Below are positions 49,021 through 61,557 of a stretch of 64,000 nt of DNA, one piece after another. The first letter of the stretch is position 1. Each line of letters opens with the position of its first letter. The translations under genes and the position numbers were made by a program. The notes beneath the pieces are model-generated. The model saw only the letters and a list, made by a program, of their open reading frames with translations, did not search any database and was not told where the DNA came from. This DNA comes from Marsupella aquatica. Its lineage: Eukaryota > Plantae > Marchantiophyta. Where the stretch lies: the NCBI GenBank assembly GCA_973895155.1, contig OZ316893.1:17366770-17430769 (forward strand). Reading direction: 5' to 3'.

Positions 49021-51648
49021 ACCATTGATCGACATCAATTAACTGCAACCTTGGGAAGACAAGACAACCCGACTCATAGAACAAGCCTATGAGGAGGACC
49101 ACTACGGCAAGGTAGCCAATGCCAGGAAGGAGAAAATAGAAGCCGCAGGGGTGGGACCCCCATAGATAGAAGCCGGACAGGCCAAAGCCGGGTTAGTGGA
49201 AGCCGAGGAAGTTGAGGCCGAGGTAGTAGTGGGGCCCGGACACGCCAAAAAAGGGTTGACCAGGTTAGGAGTGGATAACCTGTCAGAGAACGGGAGGCCC
49301 ACATTGATCACCGAGGAAGGATTGGGGGCGTCCATTGAGGACCAGCCACCAGTGTCATGACGGTGTAAGGGCACCGTCCCTTTTAAAAAGGGCGGACGTG
49401 GAGGTAGGAGGCGTGAGTGGGCAGGGCTGGCTCAAATCTCCAAGTCTCAAATCTCCAAGTTTAGAATTAGGATCAGGACCAAGAGGCGGCCCTGACACTT
49501 AGATTAGTGGGATTGCGGATCCACTGGTAAGAGCAACACTTGTGCTCCTGCCTCGCTGTACATAGCCTGTAGATTACAATTAGGATAGATTAGGCTTACG
49601 CTACAAGGAATTAGGCGGATCCACTGCCAGGATAAGTACCTGGGCAGCAGGGAGTTCAGGGCCTTCTTCTTTAGCAAGTTTGTAGTGCACCAGCAGGGCT
49701 GGGATCAAGTAGTAAAAGAAGCTCTCGGTTAGTTGTACACTTACCCTTGTGTATATTCATGTTTCGTCATGCCTAAGAGATGAATAGAGTTGGCCTCACG
49801 GCTTAGTTCGCAGATCTTGTGTATGAGAAGTACTGTTTGTATGGCAAGTGCATGGTATAACTCAGTCAGAAGGAGTCATTTTGCTATTTGTGTGTCGCAT
49901 TAACTTGTTTGAAGATTGCCCACATCAACCAAGAGAGAAGGAAGTAAGCAAGGTAGTAAGAGTTGGATGTGTCGAGCTGAGAGAGGTCTTAGCGGCTAAC
50001 CCAAGCCAGTTGGGGATCATTCCGGAGGCGGAATCCAAACATACCTAAAGAAGATAAGGAGAGGAATACAAGGGAAGGCATAGAATAGGCCGGCTATGTA
50101 TCTCATGACCCAATGAAGGATCTGTCCAGTATATGTGTGTAAAATGTTAGTAGAAGAGAGTTAGCAGCGTCCCATGCCGCTAAGCCGCGGAACCGGCCTC
50201 GCCGAGAGCGAAACCTGCGGGAATCGGCTTGTGCAGGGGGGTTTCTTGGGTTTAGGGAGCCATGGGTCGCACCACACATACTTCCACTATGATGGTTGTC
50301 CAAAATGCACTGGCTAATTGGTTCAATTATTTCCTGGGGACGAACACCATGGAGAGGGAAGAGAGAATTTATCTGACGAGGGAGGATCCTCTGCAAATCA
50401 GACAACCAAATTCAGTCCACCTTTGTTTCAAACTAAATTGACCAGCATGAATTTTTCAGCTGTAAGTTCCATCTGTCCTCATCCATCTCAATCTATATTG
50501 ACCTGTCTCTCGCTGTAGATTTCCTAGAGTGATGCTTCATTGCAGTCGTCGTGGGGTGATAATGTGCACATCCATGTTCCTCTTGTAGTCATACCTACAA
50601 GAGGTTAAATTGAACACAACACTGAGAATTTCAGAACTAGGTATTTCTAAGAACTCTGGCTCAAGCAATAAAATAAGACCCCACTCTTTCCTTCCATGAT
50701 TTTGGAATTTATCCTCGCGATGGGCCCAATCCTTGGCCAGTTGAGCCAGACCAGCTATCCTACTTCAGTTGGTTTGATTCAGTGTTTTGCTCTGGTCTTA
50801 ACACTTTTCTCAAGGTGAATAGGATTTATATCATAAGAATTGATTACCACATAGCGACAACAACAAAAACCTGCTTCTCTAGTCCAGGGGATCGAGTTTT
50901 ATATGATTTATAGGGTTTTCATGATGATTCTTCTGGCACTCTAGCATGAGCTGTTAGAAGAATAAGGTCCACCCTGGGATGGGCTGAACCTGTATAAATG
51001 AAAGCTAGATTGGTTTTTAAGAAAACATTCTATCATTAATAAGGAATCAGGTATGCGCACCATAGCGCTAGGCCCTGTGTGTACGAGCCCAATATGAAGA
51101 CCCCTTCTCACCAAAACTATCATGAGCACAGGATCTGATTCCCAACCTTGGTTCCTAGAGATTGAGCTTGGGTGATATGTGACAGAGTCTTGCTATGATA
51201 GTCTGGTGTTAAGGGCATAAACTAGTGTTTACCAGCCTTCATAACATCCCTTCATGATCCTCAAGTACAAGGAGATGGTTTTGGCACCCAATAGTGACAT
51301 TTTTGGTGTTAAGACCCATGCCAATCGCTTGACACTGAGAAGTACACAAAGAGGCAAAAATCTTGGTTTGTAGATGATAGAGTAGTAGAGGTAGACTACA
51401 ATGAAAGTGAAAGTGTCAGCAATGATAGTGAAGAGATAGCTCACCCTTCTATTGTGATATATAGCTCAGATGAAGATGATGCCTAATGCCATGTTGTTCC
51501 CTCCTATGCAGCACATGGTGGGAATACCCGGATACCTCGGTCATTTGCTGAAGTAGTCTGCTCTCAGGAATTTTCCGACATAGTATCCACATGTCTATCT
51601 ACAGACCTCCCAGATGAGGAAGTAGTATTCAACTTCGTAGAGTACAAG

Positions 51649-52278
51649 TTGACCAGGGCGTCAATGAGATGCTTGTTTGAAGGAAGAACATCAGCTCAAT
51701 GGCTACATTCAGATATCATCGATGCATACTTGGCCTTGTTGCAGTTTAGGGGGAGATCAGGAGGCTATCCAAAGTGTACATTTTTTATCATAGCATTCTA
51801 CACGTTGCTTTCATCACCCCTATACTATTTTGCCAATGTTGCTCGATGGACCAAAACAAAAAACATATTTGACTATGATAGGATATTGGTCCCTATCCAC
51901 CAGGCAAACAGGGAGCATTGGGTGTTGGCAGTGATTGATTTAACTGGAAAAGAGGTGTTGTCCTAGATTTTCTTGCATGAGGAGAAATCAGACCACTTTT
52001 GGGCAACTCAAAATGAGTATCTCATGTATACTCTAGCTAGGTACATCAACGATGAAGCAAGTCAAAGAGGCATGCCCACACTAGGTGCATACCACTGGCC
52101 TAGAACTTTAGTGTCAGGCCTTCCATCACAAGAAGATAGTGTAAATTATGGGGTATTTATCCTTAACTATGCAGAGCGCATAAGTCGAGATGCTCCTATA
52201 GATTTTGATGGCAGTCAAGTAAGAAACTTGCGAAAGAAGATTATTTATGACTTGTGCACATATCAGATAACAAAATAA
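51649..52278 (+). pseudogene. Ulp1/SENP-like SUMO protease (Peptidase_C48), transposon cargo
   Basis: WLHSDIIDAY..ILVPIH..EHWVLAVID..PSQEDSVNYGVF; catalytic Cys position reads Tyr; in-frame TAG at 51964-51966. Confidence 0.9.
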
Positions 52279-52399
52279 AGTGGTGGCCAATAGGAGTTAG
52301 CTTTAGAGAAGGTAGCAATGATGAAGTGTTGTTGTTTACACATTGTAATATATATGAGAACTGAATGTGATGTGTATCACTTGCAAATTTTATGTATTT

Positions 52400-52855
52400 G
52401 TATCTTGGAGAGGCTCTTTGAGATGGTCTTAGAAATGGAATGGGAAAGTCAAAGATGGTTTGCAAAGTGACTTGGTATCTCGGAGAGGCGCTCTGAGATG
52501 GTCTGAGAAATGGAACGAAAACCTGAGGCTCAAGAAGCAAAGTGATCTGGTATAATTTTGGAGAGCCTCTTCAAGATGATCTGAGAAATAGAATGGGAAA
52601 GTCAGAGATGGTTCGCAAAGTGACTTGGTATCTTGGAGAGGCTCTCTGAGATGGTGAGCAAACCAACTTGGTATCTCCAAGATACTCCTGGAAGGGTGTC
52701 AGGATCTCGGAGAGCCTCTCCAAGATTGCCAAAATAAATGTCGGGATCTTGGAGAGCCTCTCTGAGATTGCCAAAATAAATGTCAGGATCTCGGAGAGCC
52801 TCTCCAAGATTGTCAAAAAACAATGTCGCCATCTCGGAGAGGTCTTCGAGATTGC
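52400..52855. repeat. Tandem arrays of hairpin units ATCT(C/T)GGAGAG(G/C)CTCTC(T/C)(G/A)AGAT (~70-75-bp, then ~43-bp period)
   Basis: About eight copies of the near-palindrome; explains repetitive ORFs 52241-52877. Confidence 0.9.
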
Positions 52856-52939
52856 CCCCCAAAAGGGGGGCCATTGATATTAGTGACTGATAACTGATGG
52901 ATTACCTAAGCCCCTTGATCTGGATCGAAATCCACCACT

Positions 52940-53446
52940 TATAACATCCATTTCCAATATCCAAAGTAATGGGAAAGATGCAATTCTAGTTCTTACGGAC
53001 ACCAATATCCATTATCCCCGACATCGGACCCTTGTTTAAATTCTCACCCAAGATGGGTTCAATACTATCTACTTTGGATCACTTCTGATAAACTATTTAT
53101 TGCATCATATTTGAGTAGCATATTCTATTGCAAAACAAAATCCCTTATAATCAATATCGGAGCGTGTCCAATATTTTATGCAATGCAATAAATATCCAAT
53201 TTCATCAGATGCCTTTGCCACAATTTTAGTCTTGGTTTATGATATATTTTGTTTTGAACAAAATCCAAAGGTATTTGTATGAGATACATGTTGCAATAGT
53301 CAACATATGAGAACTATTTGTCCGATGGGTTTAGTATCGGACCTTACAATGGGTTTAATATCGGACAATGTCCAATGCTTTTGGCTTCAGGCACGTAAAA
53401 ACTACCGCGGTTTGAGCATCGGAAAGAGGCCAAAAATGTACTAGTG
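52940..53446. mobile_element. Right terminus of a second CACTA-type element (subterminal ATCGGA/TCCGAT/TCCAAT repeats + ...GTACTAGTG end)
   Basis: ACTAGTG ends at 53446 (reverse complement CACTAGTACATTTTTGGCC), preceded by clustered short motifs in both orientations; no partner left end seen in the window. Confidence 0.7.
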
Positions 53447-53565
53447 CAAAACTCCACCAATTTGGATCCCTTTGGAGAATCTATCAACAACTGGCTTGCC
53501 AATGTCCATTCTAAAAACCAATGGCATTGGCGCAGGGCTTACTACGCAGGAAACTACCACAAAAC

Positions 53566-56500
53566 TGTTATAATCCCCACGTCTAGTCACCATTTACCCT
53601 GGTTAAGTCACCCTAACCAAGGGTGTACATGATACATACACCTATATATAAAACCTCCCGGACTAGAAGATCAGTTGGAGACTCATTACCTCACGACACG
53701 TTATCAGCACGAGACTCACCGAGGCTGAGCAAGGAGGCTAAGATTTTTTTTCGAGGACCCAGCGGAGCGCAAGAAATTAAGAAAAGCAAGAATCGAGACT
53801 CATAAGGAAACAGATCGATAAGGCTTAAAGGAAAGGATAGGGGAGAAAATGCCCAATGACGAATGAAGGAAACAGACCCGAAAAGTGATAAGAGGAGCGC
53901 GAGAGGTTGAGAAGCAGAGAACCAAGGGTAGAGAAACAAAAACAACATTCATAAGGATATGCCAAAAGATAACCACGGAGCACCGAGCGCAGAAAATTGA
54001 ATTGCAATGGTGAATGGGATTGTATAAGATTAACGATCAGACTGAGCGGAGTGAATCGAGAAGAACCAATAGAAAACAAAAAGAGTAGGCAGGATTGAAT
54101 GAGAACGATTAGTAGCAAGGCGAATCCAGGAATCATGAGGAAATAAGAATTGAGAGACTAGGATCGAAGATCTGTAAGAGCCGAAAAAGGAAAAGACAGG
54201 CAGCACCGAAATTTCAAAGAAATGCCACAGGGACATTGAGACTTGAACTCGTAAGGACAATATAGCAGAACAACGAAGAGGCAAAGAAACTTGAGAGGGG
54301 CTATGGAGATTCCAGGAAATGGTTGGATTTAAAGGAAGACGAATTCAGGATAGCGTTGTGACACAGGCGAAGGAAGGCGCAGCCCTACCATTTGATCCTC
54401 TGACCATCAAAAAGGCAGTCCCATGGAGCTTGTGTAGAAATAAGGCGAAGAAAGCGCTCAGGAAAGTCACAGCGAGAATCGGTACCTTGAGAATCTGGAA
54501 GAAACTATCGACAAAGAGAAGCAAAGGAGCAACCGCGGTTGATTGGAGAACCTCAAGAAGACATTGCTCGAGAGAGGATATGAAATCGTGATCGAAGGAG
54601 CCCCGGAAGCAAGACGGCACCTCGACAAATCTCGCAACAAAATTGCAAAAACGTCGAGAAAACCTCGAGAACCGCTGCTAAGTGTAAAACCTCTTTAACT
54701 GCAAAATCCGTCAAAGAAATTTCAATTACAAAGGAAAAGTTGCACTTAACCAAATAAGCGCACATAACCGCAAAACCTCCATAACTGCATCCCGTAACAA
54801 AGAAAAATAACTTTACAAAGCCGAAAGTGCAATTAACCAGGGTACGAGTAAAGAATCACCCATAACTGCACAGACTGCAAAACTTCATTACTGCACAGTT
54901 TAACAAAGGAAAGAGCAAATACAAAGGAAACTTTGCAGTTAACCAAATACCAAGGAAAACCTAAATCCTAAGTGCAAACCCTAAAATTGAATTTTGGATT
55001 TGCATGCTCTCTCCACCCAGCCCCACCTTGCATGCCGCAGAAATGTGCTTTGTCATTTCCTACTATACCTACTAGTAAATAAGCCTAAAGTACCACTAAA
55101 AGGAATCGAGCCACCACCCCAATGACCAACCTAGAGAAACTTAACTTTCCAGCCCTAGAAATAGATGGCGGCAACTACCTAGAATGGTCCATGAACCTAA
55201 AAGAAAACCTAACCTCGCTAACCCTACTCCCTGCAATAGGGCTCGCTCAACCCATCCTTGCCGGTGAACCACAACCAGACCCATTAACTAAAGCCAACGA
55301 ATCAAAAGCCCTAGTATTCCTGAGACGCCACATCCATAGATTCCTACAGAGACAATACATGCACCTTTTGACTCCTCGCGAACTATGGATAGCGCTCCAG
55401 ACCCGATTCGACCACCAAAAACTGGTTGAATTACCTAGAGCCAGGCAAGACTGGCTCAACCTGCGGGTCCAGGACTTTACCTCTATTTCAGCCTACAATA
55501 GCGAACTCTTTAGAATAACATCAACCCTCGCACTATGTGGCGAGCCGGTCACAGACAAGGATCTGCTAGAGAAGACCTTGTCAACATTTCATTCATCGAA
55601 TGTGTGGCTATCAACTCAGTATCGAAACATGAAGTTTGGGCAATACTCCGAGCTCATAGCCCACCTCCTAGTCACCGAAAGAAACCAAGAACTCCTCTTA
55701 GTTAACTCTAGAAAATGTCCTGCGGGCACACTGCCCTCAGGATCACAGAGTGAAACACATCTTACCGACACCGCTGAACCCTCCACATCAAGGCAGGGCA
55801 TTAAGCGAAGTAGGAATGGCAACCATAGAAACCACCCCAACAGGGGGAGTTTCTTTAACCAACGCCCACAATACAATTTCAGACGGTCCTTTAGTGGACG
55901 CGGAGGATGCGGAGGACGTGGAGGACGAGGCAGACGCGGAGGACGAGGCAGACACGGAGGACGAGGCAGACGCGGAGGACGAGGTGGATGCGGCAGACGC
56001 GGCGATGGAAGAACATATAACAACAACCGCCAAAATAATTGGTCACAATCCCAACCACAACGGGAACGCCCAAAATGCCATGCATGTGGCATGACCAACC
56101 ACCTAGCCAGAAATTGTAGAATCCCACAACACCTTAAAGAGCTATATCAACGATCCCTCAGGGACGGACAAACCTCTAGGGCACCACCCCGTGAAACCCA
56201 CGGGGCGTTTATGGGGTCCAGCGACCCATTCCAAGACTTTTCAGATCTACCTGCCCAACCCGAAGCACACTTAGTGGCAAGTAGTTCCACAACCCCAGAT
56301 CTAAATAGCCCCAGCACATGTATTATAGATAGTGCAACCACGCACACTATCCTTCGGGATCGACACCTTTTTCACAAGATCACACCCTCACGTCGATCCC
56401 TAACCACTATTAATGGCCCTAGCCAAATAGAAGAGGGCTTTGGCCCAGCTTCCATTAGACTCCCGCAGGGTACAGCTATACACATAGAATCTGCTATTTT

Positions 56501-59500
56501 TGCCCCGAACGCAACGCGTAATCTCCTCAATTTTAGAGATATACGAGCAAACAGACTACATGTCCAGACGGGCGATACCAGAGATCAGGAAGTGATACAC
56601 TTGGTTGAAAATACCCCTACGGGGAATATCATTAAAGAAACCCTTTTCTCATACCTTTGTGGGTTTTATGTAACTCATATTGAATGCTTGCATAACAATG
56701 CCAACACAAGTGAATTGCCCGCGCTTTGGCATGCACGCCTTGGCCACCCCGGCCAATCAATGCTAAGCAAAATACTTAAGAATTTAAGTGGCATTCCAAT
56801 CAATACACGCCACATTCCAGCTAGCACCCCATGCACTGCATGCTCACGCGGCAAATTAATAACAAGGCCCACGACATCAAAATTGCCAACCAAAATACCC
56901 AAATTCTTGGAAATAATCCACGCCGATGTTTGCGGGCTGATCAACCCACCGAGCGGACCCTTCCGCTACTTCATGGTATTAATCGACGCATCAACTAAAT
57001 GGTCAAATGTGACATTGCTTTCAACGAGGAACATGGTTATGCCTCGTATCTTGGCGCAAATCCTGCGCGTGAAAGCACAATTCCCAGACCACCCCATTAA
57101 GACACTAAGGGTGGACAATACAGGGGAATTCACATCCGAAACATTTGATGACTTCTGCACATCACTTGGCATTGACGTACAATATCCTGTACCTCACGTG
57201 CATTTTCAGAACGGACTAGCTGAAGCGGTCATTAAACGCCTTCAGTTAATTGCACTCCCACTATTAATGCAGTCGAAACTCCCTGTCTCAGTATGGGGAC
57301 ACGCCATATTACAGGCTAATGCATTAATCCAATACCGCCCATCGGCCTTTAATACCTATAGCCCATACCAAATTGCTAATGGTATTAAACCTGACCTATC
57401 ACATCTTCGTTCATTTGGATGTCAAGTAATGGTCCCCATTACTCCACCCAAACGAACCAAGATGGGACCCCAACGACAGTCGAGGATATACATCGGATTT
57501 GACTCACCGTCCATAATCCGATATATAGAGCCTACAACTGGCGATGTTTTTAAAGCCAGATTCCTAGATTGCCATTTTGATGAGCATATTTACCCATCAT
57601 TAATAACCCCCGAACACCCACAACCACCTTTGGAGTGGGAAAGACACTCGCCATTTTGGCAAGACCTTAGAACGAATCAAGGGGAGAAAGAAGTTCAAAG
57701 AATTTTGCAACTCCACAAGATTGTGGAAGAACTTCCTGACGCTTTCATTGACACATCACAAATTACCCGCTCACATATTCCAACTGCGAGAGCATCTGCT
57801 CGCATCGAATTATCAAGTGAGCCAGCAAGTACATCCCAACCTCGTGCAAAATGAGGTAGACCCTTGGGATCAAAAGATAAACAACCACGAAGGCGTGATT
57901 CATCTATACCACCTTCACCTGATGTCAATCATACCGAATCTACATCCCATGAAGAGATCTCTATCCACTACGCAGACACAGGTGCGATGTGGGATAGAAA
58001 TACTACTTCAATAGATGATGCTTTTGCATTAATGGTGGCAACACATATCACAGACGAAACACCAGAACCAATATCCATCTTAGAATGCCAAAACAGACCA
58101 GATTGGCCTGAATGGCAAAAAGCTATAAATGGAGAATTAGATTCCCTACTAAGCAGACACACTTTTGGCCCAGTCGAGCCAACACCGCAAGACGTACACC
58201 TCATTGGCTACAAGTGGACATTCGTCCGCAAAAGAAATGATAAAGGCCAAGTTGTACGCTACAAAGCACGTCTGGTAGGGAAAGGATTTACCCAACAACC
58301 GGGAATTCATTACGATGAAACTTACTCACCGGTTATGGATAGCACAACATTTCGATACCTTATCGGATTTGTCATTTTCCATAAACTACAAATGCGACAA
58401 CTGGATGTTGCAACCACATATCTATATGGAACTTTAGACACTTGTCTATACATGCGATCACCTCCCGAGTTGGAGCAACGACGCCGAGCCTTAGCTCAAG
58501 GCGCTAAATCGCATATCCCATATTTACATAAGATTATCACACAATTATCTCAAGTTACACCTCATGTGTCATCTACACATGTAACTCATAATAATGACAC
58601 CGCTGTGTCAATCGTACGGAATACTCGCCGTGGACTAGCTATCCGCATGTTGAAGGCATTATATGGCCTGAAACAAAGTGGCAGAGTATGGTATCAAAGA
58701 TTTACTGATGAAATGATTGCCATGGGTTTTTCCCATGATGCCATTACACCATGTTTATTTATTAAACATGTGGATGATGAATATGTCATCGTTTCTATTT
58801 ATGTTGATGACTTAAATATATTTGGGACACCCCAACTTACAGAAGATACTATTACCAGTCTTAAATCCATATTTGAGATGAAAGACCTTGGACATACAAA
58901 CTTTTGCTTAGGCTTACAACTAGAGATCCTACCCACTGGCATGATGCTCCATCAGACCACACAAACCGAAAAGATCCTAAAACAGTTCAATATGAACCTA
59001 GCACACCCATTGACGTCACCAATGGTTGTACGTTCATTAGAAAATAATACTGATGTTTTTCGCAAGCGCGAAGAACATGAACCACTATTAGGACCAGAAA
59101 CACCATACCTTTCCGCAATAGGAGCATTAATGTATCTAGCAAATCAGACACGACCAGACATTGCATTTGCAGTTAACTTACTAGCCAGACATAGTGCAAC
59201 TCCCACAGCCAGACACTGGAATGGAGTTAAGCACGTATTTAGATATCTATGTGGAACCACCGATACCGGGTTATTTTACTCATTCGGTGCAAACCACGAG
59301 TTAATAGGATACGCGGATGCCGGATACCTCTCCGACACTGATACCGCAAAATCCCAAACCGGATATGTTTTTACCATAGGGGGTACCGCTTTCTCTTGGA
59401 AAAGCGTGAAACAAACCCTAACAGCAACTTCATCGAATCACTCAGAAATCTTAGCTCTACATGAGGCTAGTCGTGAAGCCGTTTGGTTACGATCCTTTAT

Positions 59501-60292
59501 AAACCACATCAACACCAAATGCGACCTACCACCACTAACGAAGCCTACTAACATTTTTGAGGATAACGCAGCATGTATACAGCAGATCACGAAAGGATTC
59601 ATCAAAGGCGATCGCGTGAAGCACATAGCTCCAAAATTTTTCTACACTCACGAGTTACATGGAAAAGAGATCAACATTTTGCAGATTTCAAGTGCAGACA
59701 ACTGTGCGGATCTCTTCACCAAATCATTATCACCATCAGTCCATCACCGACACTGCCAGGCGATTGGACTACGGAGCGTGCGACGCATGATGACCGTGGA
59801 GGCTGCTGCTCCACATGATACTTGATGATGTTGACGACATGATGCTGATGATATGCTGCTGATGACCTACTGATGAGACAAATGTTAAAAGCTAGATTTA
59901 CTATAGCATCTAACTTTACTTAACATTGATATTTATTACGACGAGGACTGTTAGACTGCACTCTTTTTCCTTTAGCACTCATATTTTTCTCTACTACACT
60001 GGTAGAGTTTTTACTAAGCTAGACTTGATAAAGGTTTTTTAACGAGGCAGTCCTCCTCGCTTGTACACCTATCATATACACTCCATAAACATAATCAACA
60101 AAGACTAGACTCATAGGATTAGTTGTCTACATAGCTACCACTATTTAGCCAAGGGGGAGTGTTATAATCCCCACATCTAGTCACCGTTTACCCTGGTTAA
60201 GTCACCCTAACCAGGGGTGTACATGATACATACACCTATATATAAAACCTCCCGGACTAGAAGATCAGTTGGAGACTCATTACCTCACGACA
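53566..60292 (+). mobile_element. Full-length Ty1/copia LTR retrotransposon, Bianca lineage
   Basis: 133-bp LTRs 53566-53698 and 60160-60292 (3 differences, all G/A); TSD AAAAC; PBS CGTTATCAGCACG; PPT AAGGGGGAG 60151-60159. Confidence 0.97.
55122..59825 (+). pseudogene. Copia gag-pol polyprotein (Gag, RGG repeats, CCHC knuckle, protease, integrase, RT, RNase H) with one nonsense codon
   Basis: CHACGMTNHLARNC; IDSATTH; WHARLGHP..CTAC; IHADVCG..VDN..NGLAE; YVDD; YADA..SEILAL..EDN..ADLFTK; both ORFs share a frame, and TGA at 57852-57854 sits in K*GRPLGSKDK. Confidence 0.95.
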
Positions 60293-61557
60293 AAAACATA
60301 CTTTGTTTACCCCTTCAAATTGTTGGACCACCGCCGGAAAAGTGCTCTTGGATTTTGAGGAATCCCACGGCAGATTCCTAACTAGGGGCCATTCCCCTTG
60401 TACGTACTAGGGCCTCCTGCCCGTGTGTGATATTGATTGTTGGATCGATGAGGATTGGCGGTTGTCGGATCTTCTTGATTGGACGGTTGCAATGAATCAC
60501 GGGTTGACGGGATTGGGGAATCTAGACCATTGGATCATAGAGGATTGATGGCCAATACTGAACCATGGGTGACAGGCGGGATCCAGCCCATCCCGCAGCC
60601 CATGATGTGTAACGGATCCAGCATGGTGGGCGAGGACCGTTCAATCATGCCAATCAAACAATTGCAATCAAGCAATGAGCGCAAGATGGGTAATTGGCTA
60701 CTGCGCCTGTTTCTGGCCATTGGATCTGCGTGATCGACGGTCCAAATCCTTGGGAGTCAAAATTAGGGGCACACACATACGGCTACTGCAATCGTTGGTG
60801 ATTGATGGCTACAGTTGATTGAGGGTGGGCAATTTGGGGATGGTCACATGCGTATGTGGTTCGTCGGGAGCCTGACACTTATATGGGCCCTAAAATGCGT
60901 TTCTTGGCACCATGACTTGCATACACTTAAAAAACCATCATCAACTCAAGAAATGCAACATCAAAAAATGTCCACCTTCATCTCTTGATGAAGAGATGTC
61001 ATAATCCTGTCACCGTCACACACTTAAGTGCTCCAACTCAATTTTGTCGATTGCTTCGCTTTTGCTCCTTTGCTGTAGCTACTCTTGAGCTCAAAATGAT
61101 CACACCGCTTCAGGCTCTCTTTGAACCTCACTTTTTAGAAGTATTAATGCTTGCTTCAACTGCTATTCTGAAAACTTGTCTGCAACCCCTCTTCACTCTA
61201 TAGCTTTCAAAATTTCAAGAAAGCTACAACTCCTTTGTGTGAAGTTGTTGCTTGTCCATTTTGTGCGTTCTGCCCACCAAAAACAACCTCTCTTGTGCCT
61301 ACTGTCACACGACTTTTACTGGTCTATGTTGCAATGACAATGCTCACCGCATTCGACAAACGATCAATCAAGAATCATAAAAAAACATTGAATCAAGAAA
61401 CGGTTGCAACTCTCAATTTTACTCTCAATTTTTAAGCATGTAGACCTCCTGAATGCACCCCCTCAAATGTCCACACAATGAGACCACCGGGAGACTCAAA
61501 TGTGTTGATCATCGCCTTGCTGAAATTGCTTCTCCAAATTGTCACCGCCCAACCATA

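Larger units (their letters stand above)
20769..50276. mobile_element. Solo-LTR-like unit (~5.4 kb once the nested CACTA is removed) containing a single gene
   Basis: Ends TGTGGTGC (20769) and GCACCACA (50269-50276) are perfect 8-bp inverted repeats; no gag/pol; flanks GGCTC and CATAC do not form a TSD. Confidence 0.55.

Noticed and set aside
52241-52877. Several overlapping repetitive ORFs
   Set aside because: Products of tandem hairpin repeats on both strands
53535-53565. Mutator-like TIR start (GGGCTTACTACGCAGGAAACTACCAC) interrupted by the copia
   Set aside because: No partner inverted end found in the window
55616-56127. Acidic, Pro-rich and Ser-rich ORFs overlapping gag
   Set aside because: Alternative frames of the 18-bp RGG-coding repeat
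57852-57866. Programmed readthrough or frameshift between the two copia ORFs
   Set aside because: Same frame, and the TGA replaces Arg in the conserved KRGRP.GSKDK motif; the simplest explanation is CGA>TGA
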